From: an uncultured Alphaproteobacteria bacterium
GTDB taxonomy: Bacteria > Pseudomonadota > Alphaproteobacteria > CAAHEQ01 > UBA3637
Assembly: GCA_944392125.1 (NCBI GenBank)
Contig: CALXVP010000001.1
Span: 218,533-282,532, forward strand
Direction: 5' to 3'
DNA: 64,000 nucleotides
Shown: one piece after another, positions 1 to 11,209 of the stretch
Layout: each line of letters begins with the position of its first letter
Position numbering within the stretch: the stretch's first letter is position 1
Translations under genes and position numbers: made by a program
The notes under the pieces: generated by a model
Databases searched by the model: none
Seen by the model: only the letters and a program-made list of their open reading frames with translations
What the model was told of the DNA's origin: nothing

Positions 1-1919
1 GGCCCCGGTCGGTATAATGACACAAGCGCCACAATATCTTCAATTTTATCGGGCTGTAAATCATGGAGAATTTTTTTCATCCCCGTGCTTTCCAACTGAA
101 ATACTCCCGTTGTTTGCCCGGACTTCAATAAATCATACGTTTCTTTATCGTCCAATGGCAAATCATTCACATCAAACCCGGCATGTCCGCTTTTTTGAAT
201 TAAGCCCATGGCTTTTTCAATAATCGTGAGCGTTTTCAAACCTAAAAAGTCAAACTTAATCAAGCTGGCATCTTCCACAAAATGCTTATCATACTGCGTA
301 ATCGGCATATCGGAAGACGGATCTTTATACAACGGCACAATTTGCTCCAACGGTTTATTTCCGATAACAACACCGGCTGCGTGCATGGAAATATTCCGAT
401 ATAATCCCTCCAACTTTAAAGCAATTTCCAACAGGCGCGCGATTGTTTCATCTTTTTCGGCTTCACGTTTTAACTCCGGCTCTTTATCAATGGCATCTTG
501 TAATGTAATTCCCAGCTCATTCGGAACCAATTTAGAAAGTCTGTCTACCACGGGATACGGCAACTGCAACACGCGTCCCACATCCCGAATTACGGCTTTG
601 GCTTGCAACTGTCCCAGCGCTAAAATTTGCGCCACGTGGTCCGCGCCGTAATGTTGTTTAACGTATTCAATGGTTTTATAGCGATTCTCCTGACAAAAGT
701 CCACGTCAAAATCCGGCATAGATACCCGTTCCGGATTTAAGAATCGCTCAAAAAGTAAATTAAACCGCAATGGATCGATGTTTGTAATCGTTAAACACCA
801 AGCCACCACCGAGCCGGCACCCGAGCCACGTCCCGGGCCGACAGCCACCCCATTCGCCTTTGACCACTGGATAAAATCCGCCACAATCAAGAAATATCCG
901 GCAAATCCCATCGTTTTAATAATGCCGAGTTCGTATTCCATTCGGTCGTGATATTTCTTCTTTTCTTCCTCACTGCGCCCCTTCATACGCATTTCAAAAC
1001 CGCGTTCCGACATTTCCTTTAACACTTCATCTTCCGTTTTTCCCTTGCAATCGTAATTCGGGAAAGCCGGCTTTTTCTTTCCGGCCAAAAAGAAGCACCG
1101 TTTGGCAATTTGAACGGTATTTTGAACGGCCTCGGGCAAATCCTTAAATAATTCTTTCATCTGCGCCGGAGATTTCAGGTAGTGTTCGGGCGTTACACGG
1201 CGTCTGTCTGCCACGTCAACATACGTTTTATCGGCAATGCAAAGCAACGCATCGTGCGCCTCATACATATCGGGCGTTAAGAAATAAACCTCATTTGTCG
1301 CCACAAGCGGTATATTGTGCTTATACGCCAATTCCAAAAAGCCGGGTTCCGTTTTCGCTTCCGTTTCTAATCCATGCCGTTGAATTTCCATGTATAAACG
1401 GTTGGGGAATGCCTCTTTCATCTTTAATAACAATTCTTCGGCATACGCTTTATTACTATTTAAAATTTGTCGCCCGAGAAGACCCTCTGCCCCACCTGTT
1501 AATAAAAGCAATCCCTCCGTATGTGTTAACAATTCTTCAAACGTTAAATGCGGTGTGATTTCACGTCCGGGACCCATATAAAACGAACGGAAGTGTAAAA
1601 GTAAATTTTGGTATCCTGTTTCATTTTGAACAAGCACCACCACTTTATCATACGTTTCTTTTTGCTCGGCAAACTGATTCACCGTTTTTTGCGGTGTGCG
1701 AATTAAAAGTTGACACCCCAAAATCGGCTGTATGCCTCCTTTCGGACACTCCGCGCCAAAATCCATGGCGCCGAAAATGTTATTTGTATCCGTCATGGCA
1801 ACGGCAGGCATTCCCATTTCCGCAACGGCTTTAACCAGCGGTTTAAGCTTTACGGCGCCCTCTAAAATGGAGTAAGCCGTATGAACACGTAAATGAATAA
1901 ATTCGGGTTCCGTTGCCAT
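1..1919 (-). CDS. dnaE: DNA polymerase III alpha subunit (5' part; runs off the window edge)
   Basis: Minus-strand translation from 1919 gives MATEPEFIHLRVHTAYSILEGA (PHP domain), then VGPGRGSGAGS, FERFLNPERVSMPDFDVDFC and GLIKFDFLGLKTL. GAGG RBS upstream. Absent from the ORF track because it has no stop in the window. Confidence 0.97.
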   Translation of the reverse strand, partial: MATEPEFIHLRVHTAYSILEGAVKLKPLVKAVAEMGMPAVAMTDTNNIFGAMDFGAECPKGGIQPILGCQLLIRTPQKTVNQFAEQKETYDKVVVLVQNETGYQNLLLHFRSFYMGPGREITPHLTFEELLTHTEGLLLLTGGAEGLLGRQILNSNKAYAEELLLKMKEAFPNRLYMEIQRHGLETEAKTEPGFLELAYKHNIPLVATNEVYFLTPDMYEAHDALLCIADKTYVDVADRRRVTPEHYLKSPAQMKELFKDLPEAVQNTVQIAKRCFFLAGKKKPAFPNYDCKGKTEDEVLKEMSERGFEMRMKGRSEEEKKKYHDRMEYELGIIKTMGFAGYFLIVADFIQWSKANGVAVGPGRGSGAGSVVAWCLTITNIDPLRFNLLFERFLNPERVSMPDFDVDFCQENRYKTIEYVKQHYGADHVAQILALGQLQAKAVIRDVGRVLQLPYPVVDRLSKLVPNELGITLQDAIDKEPELKREAEKDETIARLLEIALKLEGLYRNISMHAAGVVIGNKPLEQIVPLYKDPSSDMPITQYDKHFVEDASLIKFDFLGLKTLTIIEKAMGLIQKSGHAGFDVNDLPLDDKETYDLLKSGQTTGVFQLESTGMKKILHDLQPDKIEDIVALVSLYRPG

Positions 1920-2113
1920 GTTATTTTATCCTCACTCTTACTTTATCCTAATACTTTATCCAAACACGATTTTAAGCCACCATTTTGTTTATCCCATTCA
2001 CAACATCATTGCTTTTTCTTTGCGTTTACTTTTATCGTTTTGGCTTTTTAATTTGACTCGCTGATATTGTATGCCTCTTTTGTGCTATGTCCCCATGATT
2101 ACTTTCGGCGTTA

Positions 2114-2806
2114 TCACTGCGCTGTTAACTCTTTCAAAATACCGTTTTGCACCGTTACCTGGCGATCCATTTGTTCCGCAAGTTCGGGGTTATGCGTTGC
2201 AATCAAAGCGCAAAGCCCGGTTTGACGCACGAGCGAAAGCAATGTTCCGAACACGCTGTCCGCCGTTTTGGGATCCAAGTTGCCCGTCGGCTCATCTGCC
2301 AACAACACACTCGGTCGATTCGCCAATGCGCGTGCAATGGCAACACGTTGTTGCTCTCCGCCCGATAATTGCCCCGAACGGTGCGTCATTCTGTTTTCCA
2401 AACCAACCGCCGACAGCAATTCTTCAGCCCGTTTGCGCGCCTCTTTTTGCGAAACGCCCGCAATCAGCTGGGGCAACATTACATTTTCCAATGCATTGAA
2501 GTCCGGTAACAATAAATGCGATTGATAAACAAATCCGATTGCCGTTCTCCGAAGACGTGTCCTTTCCTTATCCGATGCCTTTGAGACATCTTTGCCGTTA
2601 ACGATAATCGTTCCGCTTGTCGGCGTATCCAACAATCCCGCAATATGCAACAGCGTTGACTTTCCTGACCCCGACGGCCCGACCAAAGCAACAATTTCCC
2701 CCGCATAGAGCGATAAATTCACATCTGTTAAAATATCAAGTGCCGTTTCTTTTTTACCGTAAGTTCTGCGGATATTTTTAAGTTCCATACATATCTTATT
2801 ATTCAT
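2114..2806 (-). CDS. lolD: Lipoprotein-releasing ABC transporter ATP-binding protein
   Basis: Walker [35 protein letters not shown]; overlaps a lolC/E gene. Confidence 0.93.
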   Translation of the reverse strand: MNNKICMELKNIRRTYGKKETALDILTDVNLSLYAGEIVALVGPSGSGKSTLLHIAGLLDTPTSGTIIVNGKDVSKASDKERTRLRRTAIGFVYQSHLLLPDFNALENVMLPQLIAGVSQKEARKRAEELLSAVGLENRMTHRSGQLSGGEQQRVAIARALANRPSVLLADEPTGNLDPKTADSVFGTLLSLVRQTGLCALIATHNPELAEQMDRQVTVQNGILKELTAQ

Positions 2807-4043
2807 AGCGCAATGCCTCCACGGGATCGGTTTTACTGGCCTTATAGGAAGGATATAACGTTGCCAATAATGATAAAATCAAACTCATTCCCACCACAAC
2901 GGCAACTTCGGTTAAATCAACTTTGGCAGGCAACCGCGAAAGGAAATAAATCTCTGCCGAAAAAAGTTCTCTGCCTGATAAACTTTCCAGCCACTCTTTA
3001 ATAGCATCAATGTTGTAGCAAAAAGCAAGTCCCAGCAAGAAGCCGGCCAACGTGCCGACAACACCGACCGTTAAGCCCGACATTAAAAACACCCGTTGAA
3101 TAGCCCCTTTACTCATGCCCATCGTGCGCAAAACGGCAATATCTTTTGTTTTATCCTGCACCAACATAATCAAGCCCGAAATCATATTAAACGCGGCAAC
3201 AATAATAATCAGCGTCAAAATTAAAAACATCACGTTTCTTTCAACCTCTATGGCATTAAAAAATGCTTGATTGGTATAGCGCCAATCGTGAATTTGAGCC
3301 TCATCACCCATTACCGTAAACGCCTCGTCCACAATCATCGGAATGGAAGCATCGGGTGTGGTAAAAATCTCCAAGTGCGATACTTTATCTTGCGTACCGA
3401 AAAACTTCTGCGCTTCTTCGAGTGGCATAAATACAAAATTACCGTCATACTCGCTCATACCGCTGTCAAACGTGCCGAGAACCGTATAGGCTTTCATCCG
3501 TGGCAACATACCGAACGCCGTGCGATTGCCTTTGGGAGAAATCATCGTTACATCGTCCCCCGGGCGAACAGCCAACTTGCGCGCCAACCGATACCCGAGA
3601 ATGACCTGTCCGTCGGTAAATTCCGTCAGCTCAATCCCTTTATATTGCCCCCCGAGTAACGGCCGTTTGGCAAAATCTTCCGCGCGCATACCGCGCACCA
3701 TGACTCCGGCCGACGTTTCGGCGGAAGAAATCATCACTTGCCCGTCCACCACGGGAACCGCTTGCGCTACACCCGCGATTTTTTCCATTGTTGCCACCCG
3801 ATTTTCCACATCGCCGAGCGTTGCGCCCCAAGCGGGATAAACACCCAACTGCCCGTTAATGCCGAGAACACGAGTCATCAACTCTTCCCGAAACCCGTTC
3901 ATCACGCTCATTACGATAATCAGTGTTGCCACGCCCAACATAATACCTAAAAACGAAAAACCGGCAATAACCGATACAAATCCCGTTCTTTTACGTGATT
4001 TTAAGTATCTGAATGCCAGCATTCTCTCTGTTTTTGAGAACAT
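2799..4043 (-). CDS. lolE: Lipoprotein-releasing ABC transporter permease LolC/E
   Basis: [35 protein letters not shown]-terminal DPVEALRYE. Confidence 0.93.
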   Translation of the reverse strand: MFSKTERMLAFRYLKSRKRTGFVSVIAGFSFLGIMLGVATLIIVMSVMNGFREELMTRVLGINGQLGVYPAWGATLGDVENRVATMEKIAGVAQAVPVVDGQVMISSAETSAGVMVRGMRAEDFAKRPLLGGQYKGIELTEFTDGQVILGYRLARKLAVRPGDDVTMISPKGNRTAFGMLPRMKAYTVLGTFDSGMSEYDGNFVFMPLEEAQKFFGTQDKVSHLEIFTTPDASIPMIVDEAFTVMGDEAQIHDWRYTNQAFFNAIEVERNVMFLILTLIIIVAAFNMISGLIMLVQDKTKDIAVLRTMGMSKGAIQRVFLMSGLTVGVVGTLAGFLLGLAFCYNIDAIKEWLESLSGRELFSAEIYFLSRLPAKVDLTEVAVVVGMSLILSLLATLYPSYKASKTDPVEALRYE

Positions 4044-4268
4044 ATCCTTAACTCCGCCCTAAATCACCAAAAGAGATTATCCCGTGGAAGAATCTCCCGT
4101 TATTTATTTAAATTTCCCGTATAGTTTACAAAATTTATTTTCATTTCGCAAGGATATTCAACCAAATATCTTCAAAATAATTTCCCTTGGTCCGTCATAC
4201 ACCTTCTGACATCGACTGACCGAAATCCCTGTTCCAAACGATGAATCAGCCGTTTACGCACACAACAT

Positions 4269-6608
4269 TTATTGAACGGGTGCCGAAATAATCATCACCG
4301 GCCTGTTTAACTCCTCTATCAGCGCTGTGGGAATATGATTTAGGCTACCGATAACTTCGTATGTGGGATACGAGGCATACGGATTTTCCGATGTGTCGGA
4401 AATAACCGTCGTTTGAACAGAAACACCCCTCATGGGAATGAGGCGCCCGCGCGGAGCAACGGCCGACTCTTCGCGATTCGCTTGAACCGTCGCAACCGTT
4501 GCGGGCTGACTGACCATTGCGGGGATTTTGGCCGTTTTACCCGACACATCGTCTTTATCAGAAACCCCGTCGGTTTTATCTGACCCATTACCTATTTTGG
4601 AAACACGCGCTGTTTTGTTCGCTACGCCCGCTTCGGTGTCTCTGTTCGTCTGGAACGCCTTTTGCGATTCGTTCACGCGCGCCGACCCACTTGTATCCGC
4701 CAACTCATCATCGGCAGAATCCGTATCCGTACGGTGCTGTTGCATAATATTGTCAAATAAGTCATCCACGGCATTTTTTGCTTCTTCAAACGCCTCTGCG
4801 TCCGATTGTTGACGTTGCTTTGCGCTCATTGCTTCCGCTTTTTGACGTTCCGCACGCATATCTTGCGTTACTGCATTTTGCGCCAGCGTCTGTTGCGCCT
4901 CCGTATGTTGTGTCGGCTCATTTTGAACCGACGCGGTTGGCACTACTGAATTTGGTGTTGGCTCATTTTGCGCGTCCGATTGATGAATCGATGCGTTTTC
5001 GTTTACCGAAAGCGCTTCCTCCATTTTCTGCAAGTCTTCTGCTTCCGACTGCATTTGCTCTTGCATCTTCTCAACATTAACGAAAGGTAACAGTTTCATC
5101 CGCCCCGAAACCGTGTCTTCCGAACGCACTTGATTTTCTTCACTGATATTTTGCGCTTCCGAGGTCGTCAACTCAGCCTCTGTCGGCAACAAAGTTTCAT
5201 CTTTTGCCTTATCGGCACTTGTTTGCTCTTTCGCAATCGTATCATTTTGTTCCATATCACTTTGCGCAGGGGTATTTTGATTTGCATGATTGTTTATTGC
5301 AACCGCGTCACGTTGAGCGACGGAAGCCGTTTCCGTAATCGATTCTTTTTCGGTAACCGTTTTTGTAATCAATTCTTCTTCGGTAGCCGTTTCCGCTTTC
5401 GGCATTTCAGAATTTGCGTTCGATTCCGTTGTTGCTTTAACCGTTACTTTTTTTATTTCTCCGTTCTGCACATCTCTCCCTTTCGGTAACAAACGAATAA
5501 CCGTTATTTCCGCGGGTGCCAAAAAACGCATTTCAGGGCCCCACTCGCCCGCACCCCGAGAAACGTATAATTTCCCGTTTTTTGTTTCATACATGCCACT
5601 CACATAGCCGTTTTGCATCCATGCCAAAAAATGACCCGGGAAAAACTGTCCGCCATGGGTATGTCCTGAAATTTGTAAATCAATCATATCAGGCGTCAAT
5701 GTATCAATAAAAGTCGGGCGATGCGAAAGAAGTATCTTATAATCTTTTTCTTGTGCCGAAGATAAAGCGCGCACAACATCCGTTGCATCACTGATGGTGT
5801 AGACTAAACCGCTATCGGGAATCCCGGCCAGATAGACCGTCGGCGTCAGCTGAATACCCTCATTAAACAAGTAAGTAAACCCAGCCTCTTGCAACGCTTT
5901 TTTGCTTTCCGCATGGCCGACATAAAATTCATGGTTTCCCGCAACCGCATATTTTCCTTTCGGAGCCTGCAATAGTTTTAACGCCTCTATATGTGGCTGT
6001 ATCAATCGCACATCATCATCTATAATATCGCCGACAAGCACAATGACATCTGCTTTCGCCTCGTTCACGCGGTTCACAATATCCGCCGTGTTTGAAACGG
6101 CAAGCGTTCCGCGCAAGTGCATATCCGTCAACACGGCAATACGCAATTCGCTTTCCACTTTATTCGTTTCCACTGCCACAATCCGCACATCCGGTGTTTT
6201 CATTCCGTTATAAAGTGCCGTAATGCTCATCAATAAAGCAATGCCCAAAGCCACATAACCGGATAAGCGCACATTTTTAACATTACGCCAATCATATTTT
6301 TCGGAAACGATGCCTTTTTTCTTTTGATACAAATCAAGGCTTATCCATATAAAATCACGCATTGCAATCAAGCTAAAATATAAGAAATTTAAAATAAAGA
6401 CGAAATAAAGCGCATCATACAATACGATACCGCTCCATCCCGAAAGCACACCACGCATTTTTAAAAACAAAGGTAAAAGCCATATCAGCAAAAACACCGT
6501 AAATAAAAGACAACGCCAAAATAACTTCATCGGCTTGACCTGCCAAATCCGATACGACTCCCACATTGCCCCTACCAGAGCAACGGGCAATAACATTTCT
6601 GCCAACAT
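4269..6608 (-). CDS. Membrane-anchored metallophosphoesterase (YkuE/YaeI-like) with long low-complexity C-terminal extension
   Basis: N-terminal TM helices, then DMH, GDIID, GNHE, LLSHRP, SGHTHGGQ and SRGAGEWGP motifs; roughly the last 400 aa are acidic and Q/T/A/S-rich. Confidence 0.85.
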   Translation of the reverse strand: MLAEMLLPVALVGAMWESYRIWQVKPMKLFWRCLLFTVFLLIWLLPLFLKMRGVLSGWSGIVLYDALYFVFILNFLYFSLIAMRDFIWISLDLYQKKKGIVSEKYDWRNVKNVRLSGYVALGIALLMSITALYNGMKTPDVRIVAVETNKVESELRIAVLTDMHLRGTLAVSNTADIVNRVNEAKADVIVLVGDIIDDDVRLIQPHIEALKLLQAPKGKYAVAGNHEFYVGHAESKKALQEAGFTYLFNEGIQLTPTVYLAGIPDSGLVYTISDATDVVRALSSAQEKDYKILLSHRPTFIDTLTPDMIDLQISGHTHGGQFFPGHFLAWMQNGYVSGMYETKNGKLYVSRGAGEWGPEMRFLAPAEITVIRLLPKGRDVQNGEIKKVTVKATTESNANSEMPKAETATEEELITKTVTEKESITETASVAQRDAVAINNHANQNTPAQSDMEQNDTIAKEQTSADKAKDETLLPTEAELTTSEAQNISEENQVRSEDTVSGRMKLLPFVNVEKMQEQMQSEAEDLQKMEEALSVNENASIHQSDAQNEPTPNSVVPTASVQNEPTQHTEAQQTLAQNAVTQDMRAERQKAEAMSAKQRQQSDAEAFEEAKNAVDDLFDNIMQQHRTDTDSADDELADTSGSARVNESQKAFQTNRDTEAGVANKTARVSKIGNGSDKTDGVSDKDDVSGKTAKIPAMVSQPATVATVQANREESAVAPRGRLIPMRGVSVQTTVISDTSENPYASYPTYEVIGSLNHIPTALIEELNRPVMIISAPVQ

Positions 6609-6853
6609 CTTTTATCCTTTCGTAAATAATTTTAATGACCTGTAATATTCGCGTATGATACACGAAAAAAAATACAAAAACAAGCGATTTGTTTCATCCG
6701 AATAAAAACAGCGAAAATTTCAAAAAAACTCAAAAACTCAGGGTGTTTTTTTGAAAACCGACACGCATTCAAAAGAACGAAACCGATGCACATCAATCAA
6801 CTCCCTGCATATAAGCCGGCGGATACACTTTGTAATATAATCAAAAATATATG

Positions 6854-6882
6854 TAGACAACCTCATTTTTTTACGATATAAT
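6854..6882 (+). promoter_or_regulatory. Sigma70-type promoter for the small ORF at 6916
   Basis: TAGACA-N17-TATAAT. Confidence 0.6.
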
Positions 6883-6915
6883 AAAATTAATAACTGCTGG
6901 CAACGGAGGGACGCC

Positions 6916-7110
6916 ATGGTGAAGGAACTTTTAACACAAAAAGAAGAAGACTTTCGCGAACAGACAGCGCCCGAACAAAGAGAGGGAGGTTCCGGGTTGC
7001 GCCGAATCTTGAACCAAGCCGGCGAACGCATTGATGATAAAGAAATTCCGAAATCATTGAATTTAAATGATCTTCTTTCAACAAACTATAATAATACGCA
7101 AATGGAATAG
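6916..7110 (+). CDS. Small hypothetical protein (64 aa)
   Basis: GGAGGG RBS, ATG start and near-consensus promoter upstream; hydrophilic sequence. Confidence 0.6.
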   Translation: MVKELLTQKEEDFREQTAPEQREGGSGLRRILNQAGERIDDKEIPKSLNLNDLLSTNYNNTQME

Positions 7111-7377
7111 CTTTTCTTATTGCATCCGTCAATCATTAAAAGAATGCCTAAATAATTATACCGTTTCTTATATCTTCCGAATGAATATCGGGCAATTTGC
7201 CGCGCGTTTATAAAGCCGTTTAAACACTCTGCCGTTTGGCAAAAATTCTTTCCGTTTCATCCAATTTACTACGGTAAAAACACAAAAATTTTACCGTTTT
7301 TTCACAAGAAGTTATCACTGATATAACTGATTTCCATAACGCCATACTGATACAAGCGACACCGCACAAAAGAATCG

Positions 7378-8178
7378 CTAGCCGAAAACTAACACCCGAA
7401 TAATTCCGCCCAAATCTTTCACTTGTTCCCGACAAGTAAATTGATACTGTCCCATAATCCGCACCACCTCATTTTCTTGCCCTTGGCCGATTTCAAAGAA
7501 AATTAAACCACCCTCTTTTTTCAAAGAGGCCACATGCCGTGCAATATGGCGATAAGCGTCTAATCCGTCATATCCGCCGTCCAATGCAATAAGAGGGTCA
7601 TAACATTTAACGCTTTTTTCCAATGTATCAATATCATTTGTCGGGATGTAAGGCGGGTTTGAAACAATAATATCAAACTCGCCTAATCGGTGGCCGAAAT
7701 CATCATCCGTAAAATCCGCTTGGCAAAACATTGCCCGATGAGCCGTATTTTCACCGTTATTTTCTTGCGCGATTTTTAGGGCTGATAAAGATTTATCCAC
7801 CCCGATACCGCAGGCGTTCGGATATTCACCCAATAAAGAAAGTAAAATACACCCACTCCCCGTTCCGATATCCAGTATCCGATACGGTGCTGTCTGTTCG
7901 GGATAAAAACGCAAAACCGTTTCTATCAATGTTTCCGTATCCGGACGCGGGTCTAATACGTCTGACGATACCCGAAAATCACGTTTCCAAAATCCGCGTT
8001 TCCCGAGAATTTTAGCAACGGGTTCACCGGCTTTTCTGCGTTGAATAAATTCCGAAATCTGCGTTTGCGTGGGATGATTGGAGTAATGGTCATAGAAAAA
8101 ACGGGCATCTAAACGCGGTGTTGGCGAATATTCTTTCAACGCTGTCGCCAGCTTTAAAACATCTGTTATTTCACCCAT
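7378..8178 (-). CDS. prmC: Release factor glutamine methyltransferase
   Basis: LDPRPDTETL, LDIGTGSGCI, SNPPYI; follows prfA. Confidence 0.95.
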   Translation of the reverse strand: MGEITDVLKLATALKEYSPTPRLDARFFYDHYSNHPTQTQISEFIQRRKAGEPVAKILGKRGFWKRDFRVSSDVLDPRPDTETLIETVLRFYPEQTAPYRILDIGTGSGCILLSLLGEYPNACGIGVDKSLSALKIAQENNGENTAHRAMFCQADFTDDDFGHRLGEFDIIVSNPPYIPTNDIDTLEKSVKCYDPLIALDGGYDGLDAYRHIARHVASLKKEGGLIFFEIGQGQENEVVRIMGQYQFTCREQVKDLGGIIRVLVFG

Positions 8179-8250
8179 GCGCCTGCACTTTCAACTTTTC
8201 AATCATCTTGCAATACTAAATTTCCCGTTCCCGACCTTAAAAAGCCGTCA

Positions 8251-9324
8251 TCAAGCATCAATCTCTGCCAAACGCGCCATTTGATCCTCGGTAATCAAAG
8301 CATCAATAAACTCATCCAGCCCGACACCATCCAACACCTCAGCCAACTGATAAGATGTCTTATTAATTCGGTGATCCGTCACACGCCCTTGCGGAAAGTT
8401 ATACGTTCTGATTCGCTCCGAGCGATCCCCCGAGCCGACTTGATTTTTTCTGTTTTGAGAACGCTCTTTATCCAACGCCTGACGTTGCATATCATAAAGG
8501 GCCGTTCTCAATCGCATCATTGCTTTATCTTTGTTTTTAAATTGCGAACGCTCTTCTTGACACTCTACGGCAATACCCGTCGGCTTATGAACAATCCGAA
8601 TGGCGCTGTCTGTTTTATTAACGTGCTGTCCGCCGGCACCCGAGGCGCGACAAGTTGTAATTTCCAAATCCGCTTCGTTAATTTGCACATCCACTTCCTG
8701 CGCTTCCGGCAACACGGCAACCGTTGCCGCCGATGTATGAACGCGTCCGCCCGATTCGGTTTCCGGCACACGTTGAACACGGTGTGCACCCGATTCATAT
8801 TTCAACCGGGCAAATACCGACTTTCCGCTGATTTGCGCAACGGCTTCCTTATAACCGCCGAGGCCGGTTTCATTTAACGACAACACCTCAAATTTCCAAT
8901 GTTTCAACGCGGCATATCGTTCATACATTCTAAACAATTCCGCGCCGAATAAAGCGGCTTCCTCACCGCCCGTGCCGGCACGCACTTCCAGAATAACGTT
9001 TCTGTCGTCGGCTTCATCTTTCGGCAACAATAAAATTTGAATTTCGTGTTCCGTTTGCGGAATTTGCTCTTTTAATGAATGCAATTCCTCTTGCGCCATT
9101 TCTTTTAAATCCGAATCGGCCGATTCATCTTTCAATAACTCTTCCGTTTCTTTCAAATCGGCCAGCATTTTTTTATATTTCAAGCCGACCGTGTGAATTT
9201 CTTCCAACGAACTTAATTCTTTGGAAAGTTTTACAAATTCATCGCCCGTTGCTCCGCTTGCGAGTAATGCCGTTAATTCTTCGTATCGCGACATAATCGG
9301 ATTTAACTTTTCTTCAAAATTCAT
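8251..9324 (-). CDS. prfA: Peptide chain release factor 1
   Basis: GAGGQHVN and RF1 PxT motif ([10 protein letters not shown]), [15 protein letters not shown]. Confidence 0.97.
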   Translation of the reverse strand: MNFEEKLNPIMSRYEELTALLASGATGDEFVKLSKELSSLEEIHTVGLKYKKMLADLKETEELLKDESADSDLKEMAQEELHSLKEQIPQTEHEIQILLLPKDEADDRNVILEVRAGTGGEEAALFGAELFRMYERYAALKHWKFEVLSLNETGLGGYKEAVAQISGKSVFARLKYESGAHRVQRVPETESGGRVHTSAATVAVLPEAQEVDVQINEADLEITTCRASGAGGQHVNKTDSAIRIVHKPTGIAVECQEERSQFKNKDKAMMRLRTALYDMQRQALDKERSQNRKNQVGSGDRSERIRTYNFPQGRVTDHRINKTSYQLAEVLDGVGLDEFIDALITEDQMARLAEIDA

Positions 9325-9444
9325 CTTATTTCACTCCTGCCCAACTTTTTATTCTGATTTAAAAATCATTCACTTTCAATCGCCATACCTCAAATACCGC
9401 GCACGATACGTTGATACGCAGGCAATCGAATCATTTGTTAATTG

Positions 9445-10437
9445 CTAATGTTTTTGAAATGTTTCGGGTTTCAATACGATATTGTTTTTAACCGTTTCGG
9501 TTTGCGAAAGAACGCCCGTCAATTCGCCGTTGACATACACATTCAAGCCCCGCGCATTACCCGTTCGCATAATCAAATTATCCATACCTGCCGGCACGAA
9601 ATAAGCATCCCCTTTGGATAATATCCGATTAAATAAGACGGCCCCGTTATCTTTCACATCCATCCAGACACGATCCGTTGCCACAAAAACAATCACAGCG
9701 CCCTCCTCTTGTCCGAACTTTTGCCCCGTCAGACCCTCATAATTCGGCTCTTTTTTCGCCTCATCCGAAACACGCGATTCCGTATCGGGCGTATCGCTTG
9801 GGGCAACGACCTCAGTCGCTGTCGGTTGCATCTGCGGATTCAGTGTTTCCAACGGGACAACCGTATTCAACTCACCGGCGATTTCTTCTATACTTTGATT
9901 TAAAATCATATCGCTTTCAATCGGCGCCGTTACAACAGGCTCCGGCACTTGCGTCATCACTTCGGCCGACGTCATAATCACTTCCGATTCTTGCGGACGT
10001 GTCATCACATACCAACCACCCCACAAACACGCCAATAAAATCAGGCAAACAAGCAATGTTCCCTTCCCCGGCACCACATTATGCTTAGCCGGTATAGGCA
10101 TGGGAGCATCGCTGGCAATCAAATGATTTGTTTCACCCTTAAATCGTTCTACGAGCGGTGCAACCTCCAAACCTAAAAATTGAGCATACGATCGCAAAAA
10201 TGCCACACCGTAAACAACGGCCGGGAATGCCGTATAATCGTTATTTTCAAGCGCTTCCAAATATGTGCTTTTAATCTTCAAACTGTTTGAAGCCGTTTCA
10301 ATATCTATTCGCTTTGCCAAACGCGCCCGTTTTAATTCATCTCCCACCGTATCAAAAAAAGTTCTCTCTTCCGATACTGTTTTTTGCGTGTGTCCCAACA
10401 GCGATTTACGCGAATTTTGCCCCGTTTTTTGCTCCAT
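9445..10437 (-). CDS. rodZ: Cell-shape protein RodZ family (HTH, TM, DUF4115-like C-terminus)
   Basis: VGDELKRAR...YLEALEN...FLRSYAQFLGL, single TM, C-terminal GNARGLNVYVNG. Confidence 0.85.
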   Translation of the reverse strand: MEQKTGQNSRKSLLGHTQKTVSEERTFFDTVGDELKRARLAKRIDIETASNSLKIKSTYLEALENNDYTAFPAVVYGVAFLRSYAQFLGLEVAPLVERFKGETNHLIASDAPMPIPAKHNVVPGKGTLLVCLILLACLWGGWYVMTRPQESEVIMTSAEVMTQVPEPVVTAPIESDMILNQSIEEIAGELNTVVPLETLNPQMQPTATEVVAPSDTPDTESRVSDEAKKEPNYEGLTGQKFGQEEGAVIVFVATDRVWMDVKDNGAVLFNRILSKGDAYFVPAGMDNLIMRTGNARGLNVYVNGELTGVLSQTETVKNNIVLKPETFQKH

Positions 10438-10504
10438 TTATCATTCCTTAACATTCAGCGAAAAAAAATAATACACCCGTTATAAAACATTTTTTTGCGC
10501 TTGT

Positions 10505-11209
10505 CTACCATAAATTCATATAAAGATAAAAGAAAACCAAAATACTGGCTGTGCCGAGAGCCGGGCCGAAAGCGCCCGTTGTTTGTTTTTTGTAAACGGA
10601 ACACAAATAAAAGAAGCAAAAGGATAAAATCAAGGCGTAATTCAGTCCCAGAACACCAAGCCAGATACCGAGCGCCGTCAACATTTTCACATCTCCCGCA
10701 CCGAACTCCGCTTTCTTAAAAAACGCCATAATAAAAACGGTTACGGTTGAAAGCAAGTATCCGAACCATGCACCCGCAAGACTCTCGGCCGGGGGCAAAA
10801 ATCCGCTCGGCACAACGTGCGCGGCCGTGATTCCCAACAGCAATAAAGGAATGGTAAAAAAGTCGGGCAACAAATAGTATTGTTCGTCCACCGCCATCAA
10901 CATGGCGATTAAGAAAAGAAACATACAGCCGAACCAAAACATTTCCGGACGAATCACCAGATAGCAAGCCCCGAATAAAAGACTTAACACCACGCCCCAG
11001 ATAAATGAAAATAAAATCAATTTCTTCCATTTCTTTTTCAATAATCGCGTGCGCGCCTCATCAAACGGCACTTTCGGGAAACAGGGCTTATGCCATAGGG
11101 AAGCGCAAATCAAACCGGGATCGGCGGGCAAAATTTTTCCGAAACGGCTGGCCACGGCCGGCACACTCAATCCCAAAAAGAAACCGGTAATCAGGGTGAT
11201 AACAAACAT
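10505..11209 (-). CDS. A24-family prepilin peptidase, peptidase domain only
   Basis: Multi-TM protein with both catalytic Asp motifs: AVDEQYYLLPD and FGAGDVK; AFGPAL near the C-terminus. Confidence 0.85.
   Translation of the reverse strand: MFVITLITGFFLGLSVPAVASRFGKILPADPGLICASLWHKPCFPKVPFDEARTRLLKKKWKKLILFSFIWGVVLSLLFGACYLVIRPEMFWFGCMFLFLIAMLMAVDEQYYLLPDFFTIPLLLLGITAAHVVPSGFLPPAESLAGAWFGYLLSTVTVFIMAFFKKAEFGAGDVKMLTALGIWLGVLGLNYALILSFCFFYLCSVYKKQTTGAFGPALGTASILVFFYLYMNLW

Noticed and set aside
17-1581. Plus-strand ORFs at 17, 208, 1295 and 1390, and similar antisense ORFs throughout the track
   Set aside because: Shadows of real genes on the opposite strand (here dnaE); no RBS or motifs.
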